From contig CAVTHO010000007.1 in NCBI GenBank assembly GCA_963734545.1, positions 576,001 through 640,000 of the forward strand: a stretch of 64,000 bases of DNA, read 5' to 3'. Each line of letters opens with the position of its first letter. Positions within the stretch are counted from its first letter, which is position 1. The DNA comes from an uncultured Spirochaetota bacterium. Its GTDB lineage: Bacteria > Spirochaetota > Spirochaetia > SZUA-6 > Fen-1364. Below, in pieces: positions 1 to 11,927 of this stretch. The notes below the pieces were generated by a model, which was not told where the DNA came from, made no database searches, and saw only the letters and a list, made by a program, of their open reading frames with translations. A program made the position numbers and the translations under genes.

Positions 1-3000
1 ATACCGCCCAGGTTTTCAACCGTCGCGGCGGTGCTGATTGCAGCCGTCCTTGTCGCGCTCACGGCGCTCGCCGCGCGCGAAATCGATCGGGCGCTCACCG
101 ACCGGATGGCGGAGCTGAAGAGCCAGACCATCGCGTCACTGGAAGCGGCCGCGGGGAGAAAAATAACCTACTCCTCGATTGCGCCCTCGATTTTCCAGTA
201 TCTCGAGGTACGTGATCTCGTTTTCCATGAATCGGAAAACTCGGAAAAAGCCCTGCTCGCTTTGCACGATATCCGCGTCTACTACAGTCTCGTGCATCTC
301 CTTCTCCGACGAGATCCCGTGGGTGCGCTGCGCGAGGTACAGATCAGGAATACACGGCTGTCTCTGGACCTGGACAGGGATCGGGACGTGATTGAAATCC
401 TGCGCCGCCTGACAGGGACGGGGGGAGGCGAGGGGAGGCTTCGCGCGCGGATCACCGGCGCGAACGTGAGCATCTCCCTTGCTTCCGCCGGCTCGACGGT
501 CTCCCTGGACAATTCATTTTTCCAGATCGAGAGTCGCAGGGAAGCGATCTCGGTTTCCCTTCGGGGCGGTCTCAACGGGACCCTGCAGAAAGGCTTCACA
601 TTTGCCTCTTCCATCAAGGTGCAGGGTCTGCTGGACAAGAGCCTCGACTCCTCGGACATGACGGTCCAGCTGCTTTCGTTCGAGAGCTCCCTCTTCACGA
701 CCCGCAGCCAGACCCTGCAGGTGCTCTGGAAGGGGAGCAGCATCGACGTCCGCAAGATCCAGGACCGATCGCCGATCGATCTTTCCCTCAAGGCTGATCT
801 GGAGAAGCAGCAGTTCACCGTGAGCTTCCAGACGGAGGATCTTCGGCCGGACAGGCTGTTCACTCTCTCGGGCAGCCTGGCGCGGTACGAAAACTGGATG
901 AAGATGCCCTTGACCGCTTCCGGGCACTTCACGTACCGGGTCCCCGACAGAAGCCTCGACTACCAGGCGGACATCTCCGCCTTTCTCGAGGACCAGCTCC
1001 CCATACGCGAGGCAACTCTCGTGTCGAGCTTCCGCGGGTCGGAAAAGGAAGCCTATTTCGAGCCGCTGCGGCTTTCCTCCGCCGGAGGCGTCCTGGATTT
1101 CGAGGGCAGTGTGCTCTTCTCGAATCTTTTCCCGGAGGGGATTCTGACCCTGTCAAACGTTGATCCCGGCACGGGTGAAAGGGTCGATGCGAATCTGTGG
1201 ATCGAGAGGCAGAAGGACACCGTCACCATGCAGGGCTCCCATCTCGTTTTCGGCGAGCTGGGTTTTGACACGCTCTCCGTTTCGCTTTCCCCCCTGAAGA
1301 ACGGGTTCAAATTCTCTCTAGGAACATCGTTTGCGGGCGCCCGGCCCGGGGACATGGTCCAGGCATCCGGCGAGCTTCGTTTCGGACAGCCCATTGCCAG
1401 GGCCGTCGTGGAGGGCTCGCCTCGCTCCATCGCTGCGCCTTCAGTTTCCCTTTCCGGCGCGCTGCACAACATCCCCCCGGCCAAGCTCTATCAGCTGGTG
1501 GAAGGGGGCGGTGCGCTCTCGGGAGAGCAGAAAGACCTGTACGAGATTCTTTCCCGGTTCTCGGTGAGCGCTGATGTCGCCGTTTCTACCGATTTCACCA
1601 GGTTCTCGGTCGCGAGCCGCGAGGTGACGGTCACGCAGCCGGACGAGCCCGGCACGCTGATTCGTTTCGGGCTGAATGCGGACTCGGAGCATGTCTCCCT
1701 TTCCGAGTTTTCCGGCACCTGGCAGAAGCTCAGCCTGCGCGGGGCGTTCGATTGCAGGTTCACACAGGACGGCCAGATCACCTTCGCCAGCGACCTCAGG
1801 TTCCAGGACACCCCCTACTCGATTGCGGGAAGATACTCGCGGAGCCTCGGTCTGCACGCGAGCGGGTCCTACGGCCTGCTGCTCGCCGCGGTCCCCATGC
1901 GCGCAGGTATTCTTGCGCTGCGCCTGAAGGGTGAACGCTTCCCCCTCCCGCTGCCGGGCCGCGCCATGGCCATCAGCTTCGACATGAACGGAATCGCCAC
2001 GCCGGAAGGGGACTGGTCGGCGGATTTTCCGCTGATCACGCTTTTCGACGTGCCGTTCCTCGAGTCCGCAAAGAACACGATACAGATCGCGGGAAAAGCC
2101 AACCCGAGAGAGCTCACCCTTACGCGACTCTCGTTCGTGGATGCCTACTCGAGTCTCGAAGGCAGCGGGAGCGCGGAAATCGCGCAATCGGCGAGCATAC
2201 TTGACCCGCATGTCCTGGAATTGATGGCCGTGCAGGGTCACGTCGCGCTCAGGAGCCCGGACGGCGTCGAAAGCTACACTGCCACAGGCAGCCTGAAGGA
2301 CGGAAAGCTCGCGCTGACGGGCAATTTCACCGGATCCCCGCTGGCCCGGATCAGCAAGTCGGCTGTCAGGGGCGTTCTGGAGGGCTCCAGCCTGGTCACC
2401 GGCCCGGTGCACCAGCCCACCGCGGTCATTATGGCAAGTCTCAAGGACGGGCGACTGGGAACGGACAACCTTTCCCTGGGAGGCCAGGTGACGCTCCTTC
2501 CTGATACGATCCAGGTGAGTCACCTCGGCTTCGGCTACCTTTCCCATACGCTTTCCGAAGGGACCGGAGCCGTGAATACGAAGACCGGAGCTTTTTCCTT
2601 CACGGGGCTCTACAAGGGAGACTACTTCGCCGACGAAGTGAAGCTCACCCTCGGCCTGGACGGCCAGTTTGCCGCCGAAAGCCTCGACTCCCTGCTGGAA
2701 GGAATTCTTGACCACGGTCTGAAAGGCAGGCTCGCCTTGAGCGGCATCACCGTGGCGGCTGCGCCGGTCCCCTCCTGGAGTGTCGATTTCAAGAGCGAGG
2801 CAGGCCGGCTCTCATTCGATGGAGGGCCGGGAGGTTCCCTCCATGGCTGGATCGACTCGCGGCGCTCGTTCTCTGTTGGCCTGGCGAATCCGCTCCCCTT
2901 CCGCGGCAGTGCTGTCGGAAGGATCGCCGGTGATCACATCACCGCGACCTTGAACGTGGACACCCTGCAGATGGTGGTGCTCAACACGGTCCTGAAAAGC

Positions 3001-4442
3001 CCCCCGATTCCGACTTCAGCGGGCCCCTTTCCCGTCCTGCGCGTCACCTCGGGGGTCGCCTCGGGCAGGCTCAACATTGACGGTCCTGTGAATGATCCTG
3101 ATTTCTCGGGGCAGCTCGATCTGGCCGGTGGCGGTGTCATGTGCGCATATTCTCCCGACGAGGCGGGCCCGATAAGGGACACACTCACATTCAGCGGCAA
3201 GACATTCCGCGCGCCGAGGACATTCGCAGCCGCGGGCGCCGCTCTCTTGAGCGCGGAAGCGAGCTTCACCATCGACCATTGGTCACCCGTGGCGTTCGAT
3301 CTTTCCATCAACAGCGTAGGAGACGTGCCATTGCGCATGCGGGGACGATTCGGAAAGCTGATAGCGGACGGCTCAGCATCAGGTCAGATCCGGATCGTCG
3401 GTGACGAGCGAAGGACGGATGTCACCGGCAGTCTCCAGGTAGGGGACTGCAAAATCGCGCTCGGTGACTTCGCTCCGGGGAAATTCGTGCCGGAGGAAAC
3501 TCCCACTTTTGTCACGCTGACGGCGGAAACAGGCAAGAGGGTCGAGTTCTACTGGCCGACGGAGAATCTGCCCGTCCTGCGCACCACGGCGAGCCCCGGG
3601 CGGCACGATCGTCGTTACGTACCGGGGCGATACGGGTGCCTACACGGTCAAGGGCACGGCAGGTGTCCAGGGCGGGGAGATCTACTACTTCGATCGCAGT
3701 TTCATACTCAAGAAGGGCTCCATCACATTCAACGAGGACCAGAGCACCTTCGATCCGAGAATCACGGCCAATGCGGAAGTCAGGGAATGGGACCCTTTCA
3801 CGGGAGAGGAGGTGAAGATCTACCTGGACGCGGACAGCGCCTTGAGCAAGTTCTCCCCCCGATTCAGCTCCGTCCCCGCACGCACGCGAAACCGCCCTCC
3901 TCGCGATGATCGGCGCCCCGATACTTACCCGCACGGAAACGCAGGGACCGGTAATGGCGGCCGCCCTGGTCTACTCCGACATCCTGAGCCAGACCTGGCT
4001 TCTGCGCCCGTTCGAGCAGAAGGTGCGCCAGGTCCTGAACCTGGACATGTTTTCCATCCGCACGCAGCTCCTTCAGAATCTCGTCGCGCAGAAACTGTTC
4101 GGGACGGCGCTCAATCCCCTTGACAACACCAGCGTGTCTCTTGGAAAGTATGTCGGGAACGATCTTTTCTGGGAAATGCTCGTCAGACTGCAGTCGCCGC
4201 CCCTTCCGACGGGTGCACCGCTTCCGCCGGGGAGCCTGCAGTATGGGCAGTTCCAGAGCGGCGTGAGTCTGCCCTCCGGCGGCCTGCCTCTTGTAGGGGC
4301 GGGCCTGAGGCCGGAGCTGGAGCTGAGCCTCGAGTGGGCGACCCCATTATTCCTGCTCACCTGGAGCTGGGTTCCCCAGCATCCGGAGAGCCTGTTCCTC
4401 GTGGACAACAGCCTCGCATTCAGCTGGAGGTTCTCCTACTGA
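1..4442 (+). CDS. tamB: TamB-like translocation/assembly module protein (5' end possibly outside the window; frameshifts near 3600 and 3890)
   Basis: Very long beta-rich ORF 31..3909 with an N-terminal hydrophobic anchor. It continues in other frames (IYYFDRSFILKKG, LDNTSVSLGKY, SWRFSY*) and sits directly upstream of bamA. Confidence 0.75.
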
Positions 4443-4473
4443 GGAGAAAACGCGTGCGACCGAAGGAGCTCGA

Positions 4474-7030
4474 ATGATGACCCGTGCCGCCAAGACTCTC
4501 CTGGCAAGCCTCCTCCTCCTGCTGCGCGTTTTCGATCGGGCTTTCGGCGCAGGCGACGGACCAGGAATGGTACGTGAACAAGCCGATCAAGGATTTCACG
4601 TTCCAGGGACTGGTGACGGTCAAGGCGGATGATCTCATGGCCGTGGTGAAGCCGTACATCGGGCAGACCTTCAGCGTTGACCCGCTCCTGTGGGAAATCG
4701 AGGCCAAGCTGTACGCGCTGGACTATTTCGAGACCATCGTGCCGAATGCGCTGCCCGCGGACGACTCAAAGACCGCCGTGATCATCGAGTTCGACGTCAA
4801 GGAGCGCCCCTCCATCCAGGTCGTGGAAGTGACGGGCAACACGAGCGTGCGCACGAACGAAATCACGGACAAGATCCTCCTGAAAAAAGGGGACCTTGCC
4901 AACCAGACCAGGCTGCAGGCGGACGTGGAGGCGGTCAAAGCCCTGTATCTCGACAAGGGCTACACGGACGTGACGGTGAGCGCCAGCTTCGTGCCCGGGG
5001 ACAAGGAAACGACTGTCAAAGCGGTTTTCACCGTTGCCGAAGGGGTGCCGACCACCATCAAGGAAGTACGGTTTTCAGGAAACAAATTCGCCTCGGAGAG
5101 CACGCTCCGGGGCTTGATGAAGACGAAGCCGCAGGCCCTCTTCGACAGCGGTGTGTTCCAGGAATCGAAGCTGGAAGAGGACAAGACGGCCATCGTGGCC
5201 TATTACACGGACCACGGATTCGTGGACGCGAAGATCGACAAGGTGACACGAGATGTGCAGACCCTGCAGGGGCGCAACTACCTTCTGCTCACTGTCTACG
5301 TGACGGAGGGAGAACAGTGGCTGTACAACGGTCTTTCATTCATCGGCAACCAGATATTCTCCACCCAACGCCTGACGGAGCTCGTTTTTCAGAAGCCCGG
5401 CAAAGTGCTGAGCCTGCAGAAGCTGGAGCAGGATACCGCCCGTATTCAGAACCTGTATTGGGAGAACGGCTACATTTTCAACGTGTTTACACGCGGCGAA
5501 AGCCGTGACGAGACGGCGAAGACGATCAGCTATACCCTTACGATCCAGGAAGCAGACAAGGCGCACATCGAGAATATCATTTTCAAGGGAAGTACCCGCA
5601 CAGCGGAGTACGTCCTGCGCCGCGGGCTGCCTTTCGAGGAAGGGGACATCTTCAACAGGGAAAGATCATCCAGGGATACCAGTACCTGGCCAACCTGCAG
5701 TACTTCAAGTCCGTCACGCCGGATACGCAGCAGGGCTCCGCGTTCGGGCTGATGAACGTCATCTTCAATGTGGAGGAGGCAAGCACCGCGGATATCAACT
5801 TCGGCGTCATATTCTCGGGAGGCAGCTTCCCGATTTCAGGCACCATCAAGTGGAACGAGCGCAATTTCATGGGTCGGGGTCAGACGATCGGCGTCGACCT
5901 CGAGGCATCGCCGATCAAGCAGACGATCGGTGTCAACTTCTTCGAGCCGTGGATGCTCGGACAGCCCTGGTCGCTGGGTGTCTCCCTGTCGTTCGATCAT
6001 GAGAACGTGCAGAACGTGCTCCAGGACTTTATCGGGCCGAATTTCACCGACAGCCAGGCCTCCATCGCCGCACCGGATCCCTATGACAGCCGGGATGCCT
6101 ACCTCGCCGACATCGCGGCCGGGCAACACGATCGGCAGCCAGTATCTGATGACGTACCTGATGTACAACTTCCTCCTGGGGATCAACACCGGCTACACGT
6201 TCCTGCTCCCCTTCGGCAGGCTCGGACTGCAGGCCGCGTACAATCCCCAGCTGCGGTATATCGAATACGACGATTCCCAGCACCGCGCCTTCGAAAGGAG
6301 CGTGCGGGAGAACAATCACACGTGGAATTTCATCGATCAGATCTCACTGGGCGTGTACCTGGACGGACGCGACATTTTCTTGAACCCCACGAAGGGCTAT
6401 TACATGGGGCAGAGCGTGACGTTCACCGGCGGGTTCCTGTTCGGCAACCGGCACTTCATCCGGACCGATACGAGACTCGAGGGGTTCCTCACGATTCTGA
6501 ACCTCCCCGTGACCGACACCTGGAACCTGTTCTTCGTGCTCGCCGCTCATACCGGTCTTTCCCTGATCCTGCCGCAGTACGCCTATTCCGACATCGACCG
6601 GAAGTGGGAGTGGCAGACGGTCACGGACAACACTCAGCAGCTCTATATCGACGGCATGACGGTGGCCCGGGGCTGGGGCCAGATGTACACGTATGGCAAG
6701 GCGCTCTGGGACAACAAGCTGGAGCTTCGGACACCCATCATCAAGGAAGCCCTGTGGCTGGTCGGCTTTTTCGACGCGGCAGCCCTGTGGGACGAGCCAT
6801 TCGATTCTTCCGGCGGGGCCTCGACCCTGCCCAACATGAGGCTGGACCAGTTCTTCTTCTCCTTCGGACTCGGGATCCGGTTCACCATCCCCCAGTTCCC
6901 GATCCGTCTCTATCTCTCCAAGGGATTCCAGATCAAGGATGGACAGGTGCAGTGGAAGCCCACGGGAGAGCTGAAATTCGGGAACTTTGCCCTCGGCTTC
7001 GTCATTTCCCTCGGCGGGGACGTATTCTGA
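4474..7030 (+). CDS. bamA: Outer membrane protein assembly factor BamA (frameshifts near 4520, 5660 and 6125)
   Basis: AAGGAG then ATG at 4474, signal peptide, POTRA repeats, NERNFMGRGQ, VARGW motif, C-terminal Phe. Confidence 0.92.
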
Positions 7031-7045
7031 GTGAGGAGGCCCCCG

Positions 7046-7606
7046 ATGAAACGAATACTCCTGGTGCTCGGCGTATGCGTGTCTTTCGCGCTTCCGCTGG
7101 CAGCCCAGACACAGCAGGTGACAAAGGTGGGCATCTGCGACTTTACGAAGGTGCTCAGCACGGCCTACAAGGACACCAAGGCGCTGAGGGATTTTGACCA
7201 GGCCAAGAGCGACGTCTACAAGGAGATCGCCGCCCGCAGCAAGGAGATCGCGGACCTCCAGAACCAGAAGATCGACGCGGACAAGGCGAACAACAAGGCC
7301 CAATCGCTCGCCCTCGAAAAGACCATCGCGGACAAGCAGAACGACCTTGATTCCTATCGAAGGGTCAAGAATGCATGGCTCGTTCAGCAGTCGAATGCGC
7401 TTCTCACCGGCCCCGTGCTCAAGGAAATCTACGACCAGATGACTCTCGTCGCGGAAAGCGGCGGCTACGCGCTCGTCCTCAGAAGCGACGGCGCATACCG
7501 GGACATCATCCTGTATCGGATCCAGGAAATCGACATCACGGATGACGTGATTGCGGCGATTTTCGCGAAACAGGGCAAGACCTATAATCCCGCCACGGGA
7601 CAGTAA
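7046..7606 (+). CDS. ompH: OmpH/Skp periplasmic chaperone
   Basis: Signal peptide, KVGICDF, coiled coil and DITDDVI terminus. Follows bamA and has a GAGGAGG RBS. Confidence 0.88.
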   Translation: MKRILLVLGVCVSFALPLAAQTQQVTKVGICDFTKVLSTAYKDTKALRDFDQAKSDVYKEIAARSKEIADLQNQKIDADKANNKAQSLALEKTIADKQNDLDSYRRVKNAWLVQQSNALLTGPVLKEIYDQMTLVAESGGYALVLRSDGAYRDIILYRIQEIDITDDVIAAIFAKQGKTYNPATGQ

Positions 7607-8027
7607 GTGAGCAGGGTTCTCGGCGTCGACCTGGGCACACGACGCGTCGGGCTCGCACTTTCTGATCCGGCGCGGATCATCAGCTCTCCGCTTTCGACCC
7701 TCGCCATGGAGTCCGAAAGCGCGCTGGTCGAGCGCGCTCATCCGCCTGTGCAAGGAAAAGGAAGTGGAGACGGTCGTCATCGGGCTGCCGGTGAGCGCGG
7801 ACGGGAGCGAAGGCCCCGGCTGCGCCCGCGCGCGCCGGCTCTCAGGGAGGCTGATCGAGGCGGGGATACGCTCCGAGCTCGTGGATGAGAGCTGGTCCAG
7901 CCGGGACGCAGAGCAGGTTCTGCGGGAGATGGGCAAGAGCCGTCGCACGGCGCGAGAGAAAGTGGACGCCATCGCGGCGTCCCTCATTCTCCGGGATTAC
8001 CTCCAGGGGGCTTCTCACTCCCCTTGA
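7607..8027 (+). CDS. ruvX: Pre-16S rRNA nuclease / Holliday junction resolvase-like YqgF (frameshift near 7740)
   Basis: VLGVDLGTRRVGLALSD, VVIGLP, DESWSS and VDAIAASLIL motifs split over two frames. Confidence 0.9.
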
Positions 8028-8520
8028 GCTTCCTCTCCAGGGTTTCCTTCAGAAGTGCGAATTTCCTGCGGGCTTCTTCAGAGGTCTCCATGAGAGCCTC
8101 GTGCGTCTTGAGAATGAAATCGGCGCCGGGCCTTTCGGTGTTGGGCGCGAGCACCGCCATGTCCGCCGGCGCCTGCACGTCCCGCTCTTCAATGAGAAGG
8201 TAGTTCTTCAACCCCATCTGCGCGAGGATGTCCCGGCATTCGCGGGTCGGCCTCAGCAGGTGGAGCCTTCCGCCGGATCCCTTCTGGAGCTTCTTGTCGA
8301 TTGCCACCAGCAGGCCGATAAAAGTGGAATCCATGTACCGGCATTCGGAGAGGTCGACATAGACTGCGGGCACGTCCGCGGTCACATCAAGCCGAGCAAG
8401 GAGCGCTTCGCGCAGGGGGTAGCAGAGACTTGCGCGGATGCTTCCCCGCGCCATGAGGAAATACCCGCGAGAGTCGCGGCCGATCAGGATCGAGTCGATG
8501 TTCGGGTTGCCCACGTTCAT
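7984..8520 (-). CDS. STAS-domain anti-sigma-factor antagonist with C-terminal extension
   Basis: YVDLSECRYMDSTFIGLL is the STAS phosphorylatable-Ser motif. Confidence 0.82.
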   Translation of the reverse strand: MNVGNPNIDSILIGRDSRGYFLMARGSIRASLCYPLREALLARLDVTADVPAVYVDLSECRYMDSTFIGLLVAIDKKLQKGSGGRLHLLRPTRECRDILAQMGLKNYLLIEERDVQAPADMAVLAPNTERPGADFILKTHEALMETSEEARRKFALLKETLERKLKGSEKPPGGNPGE

Positions 8521-8545
8521 CCCTGCATACTATAATTCCACACTC
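8521..8545. promoter_or_regulatory. Overlapping divergent -10 elements for mutS (+) and the STAS gene (-)
   Basis: TATAAT at 8531-8536 on the + strand. TATAGT/TAGTAT on the - strand 6-8 nt before the ATG at 8520. Confidence 0.55.
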
Positions 8546-11161
8546 ATGGTCGAAACAACCCCCGTGATGGCGCAGTACAGGCGGGCCAAGGAGAAATTCG
8601 CCGACTCCATCCTCTTCTTTCGCCTCGGGGATTTCTACGAAATGTTCGAAAAGGACGCGCGCGAAGCGTCGTCCCTGCTCGACCTGACATTGACGCAGAG
8701 GGCAGGGGTGCCGATGTGCGGCATTCCCTATCACGCCGCTCCGTCCTACATTTCACGGCTTCTCGCCGCGGGGAAAAAAGTCGCCATCTGCGAGCAGACG
8801 AGCCAGCCGGTCAAGGGGCTGATGAACCGTGACGTCGTGGAGGTGATCACTCCCGGCACGGTGATGGACGACAGCTACCTGTCCAGGAACGCGAACAACT
8901 ATCTCCTGGCAATCGGGAGACGGGCGGAAGCCATGTCGCTCGCGTATGCGGACCTGTCCACCGGCGAATTCGCGGCCACCTCGTTTCCCTTTGCCGAACG
9001 GGAGCAGACGCTGAAAAAGGAATTGCACCGCCTGGATCCCCGGGAGGTGATCACGCAGGAGTCCCTGCTGGTGGAAGATCGCGTGACCCGGGACCTGCTG
9101 GGAGAGCGGGAGGGGCTCCTCGTGAACCGTTTGCCCGATTGGAGCTTCGACCTGGACGCGTGCCGGTCGCGTCTCCAGCACCAGCTCGGGGTTGCGAATC
9201 TCAAGGGGTTCGGTCTCGCAGACGACTCCCCTGAGATCCTTGCGGCAGGGGTCCTGCTCGAGTACCTCGGACAGACCGCCAAAAAGGCCCTCGCGCACGT
9301 TTCGTCGCTCTCCGTGTACGCGGACAGGAGCTTCGCGGAGCTGGACGAGGCGACGCAGCGCAATCTCGAGCTGCTGGGCAACCTGCAGGACGGCAGCCGG
9401 AAGTACACGCTTCTCGAGGTGCTCGACCAGACACGGACCTCCCCGGGGGCGCGCAAGCTCAGGCGGTGGATTCTCACTCCGCTGAAAGAACGCGGCCCGA
9501 TAGAAAAGCGGCACGGCGCGGTCGAGTCTCTCTACCGGGACCAGGCAGGTCTGGCGCGGCTGCGGGAGTCGCTCGGCGGAGTGCTCGACCTGGAGCGGCT
9601 GACCGCGCGAGTGGCCATGGACAGGGCCCACGCGAAAGATCTCCTCGCCATCAAGTCGACTCTGCAGGCAGTCCTCATCGCTGGGCGGGCTGCTTGCCGG
9701 AGAACGGGCGGCGGGCATGTCCGAGGGCCTGAGAGACCTGGCGCAGCCCCTCACCACCCGCGCAGGGCTCATGAGAGAATTGACCGCATTGCTCGAAAAC
9801 GCGATCAATGAAGAGCCGGCGGTCGTCCTCACGGAAGGCAATCTCATCAAGCGCGGGTTCAACGCCGAGCTGGACAGGCTTCATGGTTTGAAGGACAACG
9901 CGCGGGAGATCCTCGAGACCTACCTTGCGGAGGAGCGCACGCGCACCGGCATCTGCTCCCTGAAGCTCCGCTACAACAAGATCATCGGGTACTACTTCGA
10001 GGTCACGAAATCCAACCTGGCCCTGGTACCTCCGCATTTCGTGCGCCGCCAGTCCCTTGTCGGCGGGGAGCGCTACACGACCGACCGTCTCGCCGACCTC
10101 GAATCGGAGATCAACGATGCCACGGAACGAATCGTCGAGATCGAAAAGAACCTGTTCCTGGAGATACGGACGACGACGAAAGAGGCAGTACCCTGGCTCC
10201 TGATCGTCTGCGACGCCGTGTCTTCCCTGGACGTGTTCCAGTCCCTGGCATTTGCGGCAACCGTGCACGGGTACGTGCGGCCGGTCATGACTGACGGCGT
10301 CGAGCTCACCATCCAGGACGGAAGGCACCCGGTGGTGGAGGCCCATCTCCCGGGCGGGGCATTCGTTCCCAACAGCCTGCGAGTGCTCCGGCGACGGACC
10401 GATTCTTCGTGATCCTGACCGGACCGAATATGGCGGGCAAATCGACCTTTCTCCGCCAGGTGGCGCTCATCATCGTCATGGCGCAGATCGGCTCGTTCGT
10501 GCCCGCGGCAAGCGCCAGGATCGGGATCGCGGACCGTGTCTTCTGCCGCGTGGGGGCAACGGACAATCTCGCCCGCGGAGAGTCGACTTTTCTCGTGGAG
10601 ATGAATGAGACGGCGCATATCCTGCGGAGCGCCACGGCCAGAAGCCTCGTCATCATGGACGAAATAGGGCGCGGCACGAGCACGCGTGACGGTCTGGCAA
10701 TCGCCTGGGCGGTGAGCGTGTACATTCTGTCGAAAATCGGGGCGCGGACACTTTTCGCCACTCATTTCCACGAGCTCACGGGGCTCGCGCACGAGAGAGT
10801 TGCCAACCTCTCAATGGAGGTCCTCGACAGGGAAGGGGAGATCGTCTTCCTCAAGAGAGTACGGGAGGGCCCTTCGAGCAACTCATACGGGATCCACGTT
10901 GCAAGGCTCGCGGGGCTGCCCGCGGAGACGCTCGCCTATGCGCAAAAGATGCTCGCTGAGCTGAATGCGGGCGCCGGGATCGCTGCCGCCCCGCCGCCCC
11001 CGGTCGACAAGCCTGCCGTTGTGCAGGCGCAGCTTTTCTCCTCGGAGGAGCTTGTGCTGCAGGAGATCCTGGCCATGCAACCGGAAAAGACTACTCCGCT
11101 GGATGCCCTGACCGCCATCGCCAGATGGAAGAAGGAGCTCTCCCGCGACGAGGACGGCTGA
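8546..11161 (+). CDS. mutS: DNA mismatch repair protein MutS (frameshifts near 9690 and 10390)
   Basis: TPVMAQY, GDFYEMF, TGPNMAGKST, STFLVEM, DEIGRGTS, FATHFHEL. Confidence 0.96.
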
Positions 11162-11162
11162 G

Positions 11163-11921
11163 GTGGCGTGGTGCGGCGCAGGCAGGGCGGGACGTCAGAT
11201 ACTCGAGGCGATTTTCCCCGGCAGGTGCCTGCTCTGCGGCAAATGGCTCTCCGTAAGCAAAGAAGGCCGCAACGGCGCCACAAGCGCGTGGGGGCAGCCG
11301 AACGTCCTTTCCGTACCCCTGTGCGACCCGTGCCGTACGAGCCTTGTTCCGATCGGCGAGGACCGCTGCGCGAAGTGCGGCATGCGGCTCGTTTCGGAAA
11401 GCGTCACCTGCACACGATGCCGTGAAGCCGACTTCGTCTTCGAATCGAATATTGCTCTTTTTTCTTATTCGCGCGAGGCAAAGGAGCTCATCAGGGCACT
11501 CAAATTCGATGGCAGGCTGCGGCTCGCAGGCTTGTTCGCGGGCCTGGCCTCCTCCGCGTTTTGTCCCGAGTGGGAGACGTATCCGGTCGTGCCCGTGCCG
11601 CCGCGCCCCGGCCGCAAAACCCCGGATCCGGTTGGCCGCGTGGCAGCGTGCCTTGAAAGACAGCATGGAAAAACGGTCAGGCGATTGCTCGTGAGAACAG
11701 GGGGCTTGCAGCAGAAGTCACTCGACCTCCCCAGGCGGAGGGAAAACCTCCGCGGCGTGATTCGGCTGGCTCGAGAACGAGGCCATTTCGGGCTGCCGAC
11801 CCGGGTGATCCTTCTGGACGACATATTCACCACGGGTGCCACGATCGATGCGTGCGCCCGGGTTTTGCGTGATGCAGGCTGCGAGCAGGTCTACGCCGTC
11901 ACCCTGGCAATCGAAGAGTAG
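11163..11921 (+). CDS. comF: ComF family double zinc-ribbon / phosphoribosyltransferase protein
   Basis: Four CxxC pairs followed by LLDDIFTTGAT. Confidence 0.88.
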   Translation: MAWCGAGRAGRQILEAIFPGRCLLCGKWLSVSKEGRNGATSAWGQPNVLSVPLCDPCRTSLVPIGEDRCAKCGMRLVSESVTCTRCREADFVFESNIALFSYSREAKELIRALKFDGRLRLAGLFAGLASSAFCPEWETYPVVPVPPRPGRKTPDPVGRVAACLERQHGKTVRRLLVRTGGLQQKSLDLPRRRENLRGVIRLARERGHFGLPTRVILLDDIFTTGATIDACARVLRDAGCEQVYAVTLAIEE

Positions 11922-11927
11922 GTCAGG

